The notes beneath the pieces were generated by a model. The model ran no database searches, was not told where the DNA came from, and saw only the letters and a program-made list of their open reading frames with translations. Positions 51,152-64,000 of a DNA stretch of 64,000 nucleotides are shown in pieces (positions within the stretch are counted from its first letter, which is position 1; every line of letters starts with the position of its first letter). The position numbers and the translations under genes were made by a program. This DNA is from Octopus vulgaris. Lineage: Eukaryota. Location of the stretch: positions 91,140,001 through 91,204,000 of the forward strand of contig OX597819.1 of NCBI GenBank assembly GCA_951406725.2, read 5' to 3'.

Positions 51152-52525
51152 GTGTGTATACATACATACAAACACATATGTGTGTGTGTGTGTGAAATTA
51201 TGATAAACACAGGTTCATATCATTTGTTCTCTACATACAATTCACCATTATGGTCACTTGCATGTACTTGGAATATTCACTGCAGAGGTTGCAAATAATC
51301 ACAATGGTGAAACATATGTTGGGAACAAATAACAAATTTTTGCTTATCATAATTTCTCCTATATTTGCTAATAATACTACTACTAGTGTGGTTACTACTA
51401 AATATAGTAATAAGCACACCACTATACTGGAAGTAGACTGAATGATAATCTATATAGAGCTCTAAACTCAACAGTATAGCCACACATCTAACTGTACACA
51501 CAATAAATAAATATATATATATATATATACACATATATAAATATATATGCACACACACACACACATATGTGGTATATGTGTGAAAGTGTGATTATGTAAA
51601 TATATATTAATTTGTTGCTAAATTCTCAGTGAATTTACATAAATTCTAAAAATCATACAAACTAATTTGAGGAATGCTCTTCAGAATTAAACCTTGATGT
51701 TTGTGTTCTCAATGAATAAAATCTAAGAGAAAAAAAACACAAAAGAAACAAAAAACTAATATGTAAGTATAGATCATTTCTCAATTGACTACCTACTACA
51801 GCTCTTTCAACTTTTCTCACAAATTGTAGGATTATAATAGCTAGGAAAAAAAAATAATAAAAGTGAATCCAAAAAGTAAAATGCAACAAAATTCTAAAAT
51901 TAAACATTTATATAGATCTTAAAAGCATTCATGTTGTCAGATAACTAAAATATGAACTTAAAAAAGAAATCACATGCAACACAAGAAGATGTTAGTTTTA
52001 AAAATAATTTTACTGACATTCGCATTAGATTTTCTTTTAATTTTTTTTTTGTCATTCTCTGTATTATTTATTTCTCAAATCATTATAAAAAGAAAACCAA
52101 AAAAAAAAAGGGAAAAAAATCAAAGCCATATAATGGCTATTTAATACATAAACATATACACACATCCAGTTAAGACGTCCCACCCCATTCTCTCTTCTAA
52201 TTTAAAATACCACCCTTCCACAGAGTGGGAAGCCAAAAAAAAAAAAAAAAGTAATTTCCTTGTGCTATATCCTCCCACGCTAGCATGATCCTACACTTGA
52301 TGACTTCTTGATCTCTCAAGACTGCGAAGTTGGTAAGTATATCATAAATCAAAGATAATTACATCGGTTATCTACAATACCACTTTCACAAGTATGTGGG
52401 AAATTCTGAAAATCTATAATAATTTCAATGCCTGAGGAGAATGTTGGAAGGTTAACCATTCCATTAATTAATTGATTAATAAAGCATACAAACCACTGTA
52501 TAACAAAGAAACAGTTCCTCTAGTC

Positions 52526-52889
52526 TAGTAGTTCTCAACCATTTTTTTTTTATCTATGGAATCCTTTTGATTACTATTTTATTTTGTTGGACTGCCAGAG
52601 CCATTCGATGTTTAAAGACTAGTTTTATAGATTCTTTTTTTTGTTTTCACTCATTTACTTGCATAGGTTTCTAATAGCATGTACTGAGAGAACATGTTAT
52701 AGTAACTGGAAACATGTTAAACTATGTAAGACATTAGAGAAAGAAACATGGCTGTTTCTTGCAATAAATACTTCTAAAGTAGCGAAATGCTTTCATGAAC
52801 CCTTAAAATACTACTGTGGATCCTCAATTTACTATTTTACTTGTGTGGACCTCCAAAAATCTTATATGGACCCTTGTTGAGAATCACTG
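52526..52889. mobile_element. hAT-type MITE
   Basis: TAGTAGTTCTCAAC...GTTGAGAATCACTG; TSD CTCTAGTC/CTCTAATC. Confidence 0.78.
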
Positions 52890-53223
52890 CTCTAATCATT
52901 TGAAACATTCACAATGAATAAAGTTCTGTCAAAACAATCTTCACTCTTTTGTCTGATTGCAATTTTTGTCTTTGATTAGAGTAAGAACCAATCAATTATT
53001 GGATAACCTTGGATTTATAATTTGAAATGGATTGCGTGGTGTATTTAACCTATATGGATTCCTATATTCAGCACTAGACATTCTGTTAGCCAGGACCTTT
53101 TTTGATATGGAGTGCTGACTGAGGTCCTTTGCCTGAATTTGTTCAATCATTTCCTATACAATATCATCATTTAACATCCCTTTTTCTATGCTAGCATGCA
53201 TATGAACTACACACACACATACA

Positions 53224-53729
53224 CAGGGGTTGGCAAAAGCAGGTATACAGTTGCCTAACATAAGTGGAATGATTTTTTCATTTTTCTGTTTCTTTTTTAG
53301 GACAAGAACTCTATGATTCTATGTTCTTTTTAACTAATTCTTTTTATAATAAAATAATTATTCCTAATTTCAGATATTTATTATATGGCTGGAAATTTGA
53401 CTAACAATGAACGAAAGAGGATCATCAAGCAATACTGGAAAACAGGATGGAGAAATGGTCTGAAGAATTTCAAAGACCAGCTCCGTCAAGATTAGTCCTT
53501 TACAAAATATGTGACATATATGAACAGACTGAGTTCATCTGCTATGCACAGAAAAGTGGTTGACTGGTCAGTGTTACCACTGCAGAAAATGAAATGCTTC
53601 TGGGTCAAGCATTCATTCTAATTCCCCCAAAATCAAAAATGAGGGCTTCCAATGAACAAGGCAATAGAGAAATGAAAAGAACATTCCACTCATATTAAGC
53701 AGCTGTGTACCTACTTTTGCCCACTCCTG
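53224..53729 (+). mobile_element. Internally deleted Tc1/mariner element
   Basis: ~48-bp imperfect TIRs CAGGGGTTGGCAAAAG...; N-terminal HTH remnant ERKRIIKQYWKT...APSRL...VTTAENE. Confidence 0.75.
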
Positions 53730-53744
53730 TGTATGTATAATGGC

Positions 53745-54160
53745 TCAGGCATGGCTGTGTGGAAGGAAGAGTTTGCTTCTCATCTACATGGTTCCAGTTC
53801 AGTCCCACTACATGGCATCTTGGGCAAGTATCTTCCACTATAGCCTTGGGCTAGCAAAAGCCTTATGAGTGGATCTGATAGGTGGAAACTGAAGGAAGCC
53901 CACTATATATGTATGTATGTATGTATATGTAAATGTGTGTGTGTGTGTGTCTTTATGTCTGTGCTTGTCTCCCCAAAACTTGACAACCAGTTTTGGTGTA
54001 TTTACATCTCATAACTTAGCGGTTCAGCAAAAGAGATCAGTAGAATAAATACCAGGCTTAAAAAAAAAAAAAAAAAGAAAAAATACTGGGATTGATTTGT
54101 TCAACTGAAACTCTTCTAGATGGTACCCCAGAATGGCCACAGTCTAATGACTGAAATAAG
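53745..54160 (+). mobile_element. SINE family 1
   Basis: Head and tail motifs. Confidence 0.7.
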
Positions 54161-57100
54161 ATAGATAGATGGCTAGATAGATAGACATATGTATATCTAT
54201 AAATATATATATCAAACACACACACTGTCTGACACCAATACCATACAGTTCCTAAGCCGAGTGCAATAACCTCAGCTCTCTCTTAGATATAAACAAGAAT
54301 CACTAACAACAAATGAGACTGTAGAAATTAACTTGACAGTTTTGAGTTTTGCTTCCACTGATTTGAGCTTTTAATCTTAGTAACCAAGCAACACATGACT
54401 ACATTACAACACCTTAATTTTGAATTGCTTTACAAAACTCATGACTATAACTACAGTTCAATATTAGAAAGAAGAGGGGGAAAAATATTATTACAAATGA
54501 ACCAAAGGAAAATCTCAGAAAACAGCTTCAACTTAAAAGCTTTACTAATGTCAACATAAACCGGAATTGTTAACATTATTCACCATTGTAACAAGTTACA
54601 TATTAATTTACTGGACTGAGCTTTGTAACTGTAAGTTCTTCAAATTTCTTTACATATTGATTTTTGACTTGCAATATTCTGTTTTCTCCTTAAATGTTGG
54701 TTTATCATTGCTGTCATGTTACCAAACTCTCTGTCTCCCTCTCTCTCTATCTTTCACACACACACACACACATACACACAATCATTCAAAGACTAGAACC
54801 AAAATATAATTTTGGCGGCGGAGCAGAAAAAGTAAAAAAAGACCACAAAAGGAAACAGACAAGATGAGTTCTAAGTATAAATATTTAACTTTATATATTT
54901 GTGTTTAATGGGGACTTTTGGTTAACTACAGTTTCGCTTCTATTTACTTTAAAATTCAAGAAGCACTTTTTTTCCTTTCCAACAAAATACATTGGAGACA
55001 AACTTTAAATATTAGCTTGAAAGAAAACATTTACAAGAGAGACATTATAACTTAACAACAAACAAATGAAGACTAATGAAAGTAAACATAACAACAGCTG
55101 GGAGAACTACGTGCTTGATTCACATTGCATAGGTTCAGCTATATGCTATTGACATATTGACATGGTCACCTAACAAAGTTGACGGTTCAAATTTCAGTGC
55201 CTCATACACACTCATTTGTATCGTATTTCTAGATACTTGTTTGATTTAAATTTGGGGGTAAATGAATAGTAAGATAGAAAAGCAAAGTAAAGAAGAAAAA
55301 AAAAGAAATTGAAGTATCCTGATTAGCTAAGCCTGATCTGTACTTCTTGATATTTCATTGTAACCATAACAATGACAAAAGTAAAATGGAAAAGGAAATA
55401 CTGTACAACAATTGAAATAATATCAACTTCATTATCAACTGATATATACACACACACACACACACACATATATGTATGTGTGTGTGTGTGTATTTATATA
55501 TACACAGACACACACATATATTATACATATAGCACACACATACATATACATACACACACACTTCTTTTGTCTTTGTTTCAGTGATTGGACAGGGGCTATG
55601 CTGGGGTGCCATCTCAAAGATTTTACCTGAAGACATCATCCCAGTAGTTAAGTATTTTTTTAACCTGATACTTATTCTATCAGTCTCCTTTGCCAACTGC
55701 TTATTTGTCAGGCCATAAACAAACTAACCCAACACTGGTTATTAAGTAGTGATGAATAGGTGGGGGGGAAGGACTAAAACACACACACACACATCTATCA
55801 GTCTATCAGTATGGGCTTCCACAATTTCCATCAACCAGTTTCATTTGCAAGCCATTAGTCAGCATAGAGAATACATTTTCCCATAATGCCACACAGTGCG
55901 GCTCAACCAGAAACCACACTGTTCCAAAGTGAGCTTCTTAGCCAGTTACCTGTCTGCACCTAAATATATATATGTACATACATACATACATGCACACATA
56001 CAGAGTTCAGTAATTCAACAAAAGAAAGCAGCCAACATTTACTGTTAATTTTAACTATTAACTCTCTTTCTCTCAATAATGTGGCTGTGATTTTCAGCAA
56101 TATTTCAATTATGTAATGTGAACTGATGGTTTTTCGATGATTTACTCAGTAATAATCTCTAAATCTACAAAAACTACCAAGTATAGAAACTGCTCAAGAA
56201 GAGCTACAATCAAAGGCATTCCAGCTATGAACATCTTGTTTTCTATTCAAACAATTTATCTAACACAAAATATATTTTCTTGTTTAAGATTGTTGGGTGT
56301 GATTTGAAGGATATTTGGCTGATGGCTCAAATGAGCCATTACATAAAGCAACCCTTTTCAATTGTTCATTTATTAAACGCTTGTGTTTTTGTGTAGTTAA
56401 ACTGAATACTTTAATCATAACCAAGATTAAAAACAGTAACCAGAACAATATTAAGGAAAAACCACCCCACCCCACAAAAAAGAAGCAAAAACAAAAAAAA
56501 AAAAATGTGATAAACCACTCACTTCAAAACCTCATGTTTACTGAAGATACAACCTATGTTTCTTCATAAGAATGAGCTAGCAATATCTAATATGTTAAAA
56601 ATGAATCATTGATTTTAATTTGACTTGAGATTAATTTACTTCTGGATAACTATAAGTTATATAATTTTATTTCGTACACAACTAAAGAATCATCTGTTTT
56701 CTTGGCAACTTGATATTGTTAGAAGACAAGGAAAAAAATGGAAGGATTTAAAGAATGGTGGAAGAGAGGAAGTTATTCCTTATTTCATAAGTAAAAACAA
56801 AATTGTAAGAGTAAAATGGTTAAGAAAATTTTAAAATTTTCCTAAATCAAAAATAAATGAACTTGAATATTTCATAGTTTCTGATAAAGAATATATTTAA
56901 AAAAGAATATATTTAAAAAAAAAAAAACAAAAAAAAATAGAAACATGGCAAATGACAGAAAGTAAAAAAAACATGCAAGAAAACTCATGCAACAAAAAGG
57001 AATAAAGAAACAACAAAAATGAAAGCAATAAAAATAGATGTTTATAATTATACATTGAAGCAATAACGGTAATTACCGTTACTACATTATTCAGACATGG

Positions 57101-57437
57101 GATGAGAAGTAACCATAGCTAGGGCAGCAGCAGTAGCAGCAGCAGTTTCAATGTTTGGTAAAAGAATTAGTAAGGCAGATGATGAATTCCTTCATTGATA
57201 ATCTTTGTATCAATGAACATAGCTATGACTGGTCATGTAGAATTATGTACCATTTCATGGAATGGACTTTGCACTGAGACAACTGCAGTTCCTGAAGAGA
57301 TCAGGAGGCATGATGCATGATTTACAGGAATCAGAAAGGAGAAGAAAGGAGGGGGACTTAAAGAGGAAAAAAAAAATTATCACAAAGTAGGTTTATAGAA
57401 TATATGGTTGATTTGTTATTGGAAGAACTTGGCATTG

Positions 57438-57700
57438 TCATTTGAACACCCACTGGACCATGGCTTGGAATACCAGTATAATAGTGAGAACAACCCAATC
57501 TCGGTTCTGTGCCATAAATCCTTGTTGGCCGAGTAAGTGTTGTTGTTCACGTCTTACTACGGTTAATTGCTGTTGGAATGAATGGACAGTTTGTTGTGTG
57601 TCTCCCAAAATTTGAGATAGAGTTTCAATTGCTTTTAAAAAAGTTTCATCAGTCAGATTGGAAGATTTAGCTGATGATAAAGCATTTCGAATTCTCAAAT
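57438..57700 (-). CDS. OSBPL8: Last coding exon of oxysterol-binding protein-related protein 8 (ORP5/8 family): coiled coil plus C-terminal TM anchor
   Basis: Acceptor ttttcag|AT at 57700; the phase-1 join with the upstream exon is in frame (C|AT = His). It ends QNRDWVVLTIILVFQAMVQWVFK*, resembling the recalled human ORP8 tail QQKDYFIIFLLILLQVIINFMFK. Confidence 0.85.
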
Positions 57701-57954
57701 CTGAAAATAGAAAAAAATGGTACTTAATTAATTAGTATACATCAGATAACAGTAAAACATACATCAAACTGACCATATCAATCAATATGTGAATACATGT
57801 GTGCATTCATAAATAGTGACCATCATAGTTTTAGAACAAATAGCATATTTAGATATTTTTTTCTTAAGTTTTCAAATATAATAGATAATCCAATAAATAT
57901 AACAATTTTGTGAAATTAATAAACAATATTGATGACAAAAAATTTGCTAATATT

Positions 57955-58160
57955 ACTCTTTTACTTGTTGCAGTCATTTGACTGTAGCCATGCTGGAGCA
58001 CCGCCTTTAGTCGAGCAAATTAACCCCAGGACTCATTCTTTGTAAGCCTAGTACTTTATTCTATCAGTCTCTTTTGCCGAACTGCTAAGTTACGGGAACA
58101 TAAACACACCTGCATCAGTTGTCAAGCGATATTGGGGGACAAACACAGACACACAAACAT

Positions 58161-58211
<51 letters not shown>

Positions 58212-58370
58212 TATGATGGGTTTCTTTCAGTTTCTGTCTACCAAATCCACTGACAAGGCTTTGGTTGGTCTGATGCTATAGTAGAAGACACTTGCCCAAG
58301 GTGCCACGCAGTGGGACTGAACCAAGAACCATGTGGTTCGTAAGCAAGCTACTTACCACACAGCCACTCC
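57955..58370 (-). mobile_element. SINE family 1 in the last OSBPL8 intron
   Basis: Head and tail motifs. Confidence 0.8.
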
Positions 58371-61300
58371 TTGCTTAAATTATTTTCTCATGTTTTGTGT
58401 GGTGATGAATTTCACAATTCCATACATTTAAAACTATAAATAAGAAAATGCAAAATTTGGTTCAAATTCAGGAACCCAAGCAAAGTCTATGGTATTTTTT
58501 TTCATACCAGTTTTTTGACAATGTAAATGAGAGAATAACCAAATCTGTGGTCTATGAGATGGACATGCACTGTTCAACTACATGAAGTCAGGTGTTTGCT
58601 AAAGGAACATTTCTTTGGCCCTGAATTACAGTCATTCTTCCTCTATGAAGACTTGCCACTTACAAAGACACTGGCAACAACTGATGACTGATTCAAAAGT
58701 GGTAAACCTATGAAAGCATCCCCAAGATAAGATTGGGTAAGAAACCAACCACTGAATGGCTGCTGTAGATAATGATGCATATTCTGGACATGCACAATAA
58801 AACTCAAACTACTGGTAACAGCTGTTTACAGAAGTTTCAAAGAATACAAAGTAAATGTACATCATTATTGTTATCATCATCACCATTCTAACATCCATTT
58901 TCCATACTGGTACATCTTGAATAGTTTGACAGGAGCTGGCAAACCAGAGGATTGCACCAAACTCTAATATTTGCTTCAGCATGGTTTCTATGGATGGATG
59001 CCCTTCCTAATGCCAACCACTTTACAAGTGCACTGGTTACATTTTGCAAGGTACCAGTAAGGTCACCAAGTAACTTGCAAAGACACTTCAATTGAAAAGA
59101 GGAGTGGTATTGAGGAAGGCAGCTTTGTGCAAGGTGATGAGAGGTTAATGTATGATAGAGGGGCAGAAATGTTGTCTTGCTGTAGAAATACAAGACTACA
59201 TCAATCAGAATTGAGTAAGTATGGTAGTTACGTCTCAGAAGGGATTTCCCTAAAGGTACATTACTCAAGGTAGACCTTGTCAATAATGATCGGTAAACTG
59301 AGTACCAAACTGGGATTGATATGATAAACTAAAAACTGCTGTTGGCAGCCCTCCAGAATGGAAGCAGTCTAATGGCAAGTGCTAGTAAAAAAGTTAGTTT
59401 CATTTTCACTTTTATGAATTCTTTTCCATATTGCCATGGAAAATGAAAACTGAACTCATCAAAGCAGAATTTCAATGGCAGGATGCTCTTCCTGTCACCA
59501 AGCCTTACAAACTTTCCATTTAACGTAAAGAACATTAATCCACTGGAGAAAAGAGGCAATGTCACCATCTTTTGTTCAAACAACATTAATGATGATATGT
59601 AGAACTGACATTAACAAACACAGACTTCCTTGTGACACGTAAAAAGCACCCACTACACACATGGAGTGGTTGGCATTAGGAAGGGCATCCAGCTGTAGAA
59701 ACACTGCCAGATCAGACTGGAGCCTGGTGCAGCCTTCTGGCTTCCCAGACCCCGGTTGAACTGTCCAACCCATGCTAGCATGGAAAACGGACGTTAAACG
59801 ATGATGATGATGAAGACACTGATCTGTCTGAGACTAGAGTAGATGGCACTTGTCCAAGATGCTAAGTAGTGGGATTGGACATAAAACCACATGATTTAAA
59901 ATTGTGAAGCAAATTCATACAATCATATCTGCACCTTGGAAACAGATGAGCATTAATGACAGAGGGTATTTGGCCATAGAAAATCTGCTTTAAATCCCAT
60001 CTGACCCTTGCAAGCATGGGAAAGTGAATGCTAAATGATAATGATAATATACATATAAGAAATAGAAAACTATTACTTAAAAAAAACAATTTTGCAACAA
60101 TTAGTGTTTATAGCCAATATGCTTAATACTAGTGGTACTTCAACTGGCATAGGCTATTTTGTTGAACTAACAAGAACTCTTCATTGCCATGAACAATTTA
60201 TTGTTTCACTGCTACAAACAATTTTTTAAAAAAATTTTCATTGCTATGCTGTTTGCATATGGATTAGTTGAACCATAAGTTGCTGTTTCAATTAAAACAG
60301 TTTAGAGCATTATAAATTTATCTGGAATCTTAGACATGATTTTATATTATCTGCAGAGTATTAAATTAATCTTCTCTCTCTTTCTCACTCTCTCTTTGAT
60401 AAATCTATTCACATAGCTGAATACTTCAAACTGATATCCTTATCTGTACTATACACCTTAGTCAGAACACCCACAAAGTAAACATAGTTTCCCCGCTCAA
60501 TACAGCCACAACTGCACACATTAAAATAATTGTATTCATTTACTAATGTCAGGTGGTGAGCTGTGGCCATACTGGGACACAACTGTCACAAGTTGCTTGC
60601 TTAATTCAAATAAGGTTAATCAAATATTGATTGACTATACTGGACATAAAGCAGAGCACATGCAGTTTCTTTAACTGACAACACCACCACCAAACAACAA
60701 AAAAATCTTATCAGAGTGGCATGTCATTAATGCAAATAATAGAATAATACACCAGCTACTCAACGGTTTAATGACACCTATTAATTTAAGAAGCAGAGAA
60801 TTCTCTTAAACAGGTGAACATTTTATATAAAAGGATTTATATTTTAATTAGTTAATTAGTTCTGATACATTTTTGAAGCAGGTTTTCATACAATTAAGTA
60901 GCTGCTAAATCTTGTAGGTCCACTTCATCCTTATTCAATAGCACATCATCATATTTACCATTTAACCCTTTAGAATTTAAACTGGCCAGATCTAGACAAA
61001 ATATTCTACCTGTTTTATGTTCAAACTGGCCAGATCTGGCCTCTAGCACCCACCATACAATGTCATTCTAAAAATAATATATCATATTATTGAAATTTCT
61101 AAGCTACAAGATAATTTATGATTAATTCCAAAACTATGAGAATAAATAAGCATTATATTTTGACAGAGTAATCTGAATACTACAGGGTTAGTGTCTGTTT
61201 TCCATGCTAGCACAAGTTGGACAGTTTGATAGGATCCAGCGAGCTGCAAGGATCCTATCCTGAGCTCCAGACAACACCAAGAAATTTAAAACGAAAAAAA

Positions 61301-62297
61301 ATAATTTTAATGAATAATAAAATTTTACATTTAGAAGACACACCAGGACTAAGAATTGGATAGTGTTATGGTTGTATTTATAAAGCTGAAATCAGATTCT
61401 GTTGAAATGAGGAAATAATCTGTTCATTCAAAAATTTTATTGTTGACTATTTTGGTACTCCCTGCTTTTCTTGTTATGTGGAAAATTATAAAATAAAACA
61501 ACAGTTTGATAACAGGTTTTAGAGTATGATTATTACAAAGGAGTTATTAAGCATTTACATAACTGACACACCTTCAGTTAGGTGACCATTGCAATTATAT
61601 AGTTTGACTACCTAATTTTATGAATAAATGCTAATAAGAGAATTGTGCACAAACTAGAATGTCATTATCATCATCATCAGTGTTTTAACATTCACATTAT
61701 AATGTTCACATGAGTTGAACAGAATTTGTCGAGATGGTATTTCTACAGCTAGATGCCTTTCCTGCTGCCAACACTTATCTGTTCCCAAGTAAGGTAATAT
61801 ACCCCATGATCAGACAGGTTTTCATGGAAAATTGGAAATGAAGGACACCTCTTGCATGAAGGTGACATTTGTTTACAACTATCACAAAGTCTAAGCAAGA
61901 AGACAGTAACACACACACATAATGGACATCCGTTTCTGTCTACCAAATCTACTTAGAAGGTCAGTCCAGGGCTATAGTAAAAGACATTTACCCTAGGTGC
62001 CATGCATTAGAACTGAACCAGGAACCCAGTGATTGGGAAGCAAGTTTCATACAGCTACAGTTGCACCTAATAATGTGTGAAAGCAAATAGTTTTTTTTCC
62101 AAAGTTAATTGCCAAATTTTCCAAAAGAAGACTGAACTTATTTCTGTTACTTATAAAAACATTCTGGTATTTGAATAATTTTGAGAGAATGGTTTGATAA
62201 GAATATAAAGTGACTATTTTAAATAAATATTCAAAGATTCGTTGGCAAACCAGGATTGAGTAAATATAATTATCCTAATGAATAAATTTAGACTTAC

Positions 62298-62572
62298 GGC
62301 CAGAATTAGATGAATCGCTGTCATGTCTGTTGATTTCTAGATCAGGAGTAGAACTACCACTTTCTTCACCCATGTGTCGTTGATTTAAGGAAGGACGTTT
62401 CATACGATTTGAACACAATTTGCTTTTGCTGTAATTTTTGCACTCGTCTTTTTTATCAAGACTGGAAAGGCTTCTTGCACGCACCATCGGTGTTCGGTGA
62501 CGAGTTCTTGCTTTAATTACATATTCAGATTCGTACTGCAGCAAGTCATTACATGGATCCCATGGTCTCATA
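62298..62572 (-). CDS. OSBPL8: Penultimate coding exon of the OSBPL8/ORP8-like gene (end of the ORD plus linker)
   Basis: ttatag| acceptor and C|gtaagt donor. MRPWDPCNDLLQYESEYVIKARTRHRTPMV resembles recalled ORP8 TRPWDPLNDMIQFEKDGVIQTKVKHRTPMV. Confidence 0.88.
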
Positions 62573-64000
62573 CTATAAGTGGAATGGAAATATTTTGTTA
62601 AAAGGAAATTAAAATAAAGACAAAATTTTTAATGTAAAACCAATGTTTAAGAATCAAAAATATTCTATGACTATCAATTTCTGTAAAGTCGATATTATGA
62701 TTGTTGTTATTTAACAGACCTGTGATCAAACGCATTCCAACATGACAATAACCACTTTTCCCTACCCCCAGACATGATGTATCTAAAGCTAAGTTAACCC
62801 ATGCTCAGCTGATTAAATTATTGTTGGCAATGTAACATGCTAACCATATGCAAATCAGTTTTTGCAACCACTTTCTGTTGGCCAGAAAATAAAATGGCTG
62901 TACTATATAATATGAAATGTGGAGCGTTCCAGAAAAATACTCCACTATTGAAAAATGAGTTAACTCACTTCCCACATCTCCAGTATACATGCACACAACT
63001 GATTATACTCAGTTCCTGCACAGTAAGGATTAAACAATGTCTCTTTATTTTCTAAAGATGATAGAGAGTAATTTGAGAAAGGATTTGACTACTATTGCTA
63101 GCAGGTTGAGTATTATTATATGCTTGTTGATATAACATTAAATTAAGGCAGTGAGCAAGCAGAATTGTCAGCATGCCAGGTAAAATGCTTAGCAGTATTT
63201 CATCCGTCTTTACATTGAGTTCAAATTCCATTGAGGTCAACTTTGCCTTTCATCCTTTCAGGATTGATAAATTAAGTACCAGTTGCATACTGGGGTCGAT
63301 CTAATCGACTGGCCCCCTCCCACAAAATTTCGGGCCTTGTGCCTAGAGTAGAAAGGACATTACATTAAATTAGAGAGAGAACCTAACTTAATATTCTTTT
63401 GAATTGAATTTCTTTGAACAAACAACTGAGTACCTCAGTAATTTGGTATAACCAATCCTGATTTAGAAACAAGATTCATTCTTATTTCACAGTTACTTTC
63501 CAAAGGCAACAAGTTTGTAGTTCTTATATTTTCCCACAAAAACAAAGCCTTTTTATTTTAATTCTGCTTTTCTTGTTTTACTTCCGTTAAATGCAAAAAC
63601 AGTATGTAAGATTTCAGTAATTAAGTGCTTTAAGCACAAAAGTGAATACAAAATCCTTTATGGTTCAGGTATGTAATTTTCTCATATTCAAGAAACGCCC
63701 ATATTATTTTTCAATAAATAAAATTTGCAGAACAAAGAAAATAAATCTTGTAACTGAACTACTCTATTACACCTAATACATGTGATATTTTTTTAAAACA
63801 ATACAATTTGTGGTTTTAATTCACTTCCAGTCTGACAAGTTGAGAAAAAATGTTCAGTTCTACACTTAAGATTAATATCAGATGTCCGAAAGACAACTGG
63901 TTTGAGAAGGTAGTTGTATACAATGTACACTTACTCAGCATGCTTGTAGACCCAGTCTAATGTTAGTGGGTCTCTTTCAAATAAGTTTGGAATCCATTCT

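Noticed and set aside
57438-57698. Alternative identity as Mff or another tail-anchored protein
   Set aside because: The in-frame upstream exon carries the ORP5/8-type RPWDP...HRTPMV motif.

Overview
AT-rich, microsatellite- and transposon-dense animal genomic DNA. The SINE families look like those of Octopus (inferred from recalled sequence, not verified). The only host coding sequence I can support is the last two coding exons of an OSBPL8/ORP5-8-type gene on the minus strand (62572-62298 and 57700-57438). The rest is repeats: Penelope-like elements (PLEs), CR1, RTE and RLE-type LINE fragments, a solo LTR, Tc1/mariner, piggyBac, hAT and pogo-type DNA elements, and many SINEs. The main observation is a recent 1.74-kb insertion (22095-23836) of a ~534-bp non-coding unit in tandem and inverted copies. 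The two plus-strand units each carry an intact type-I hammerhead ribozyme (HHR) with a palindromic stem III, which fits a non-LTR retrozyme or PLE-derived RNA; the inverted unit has a core mutation. It sits in a (TA)n tract of a PLE fragment whose empty paralog is also in this window. Several sequence-distinct HHR-like motifs occur at ~1.4, 5.2, 11.5, 24.2, 31.4-31.6 and 48.8 kb. There are also two local ~1-kb inverted duplications. All folds and alignments were done by eye, and SINE boundaries are approximate.
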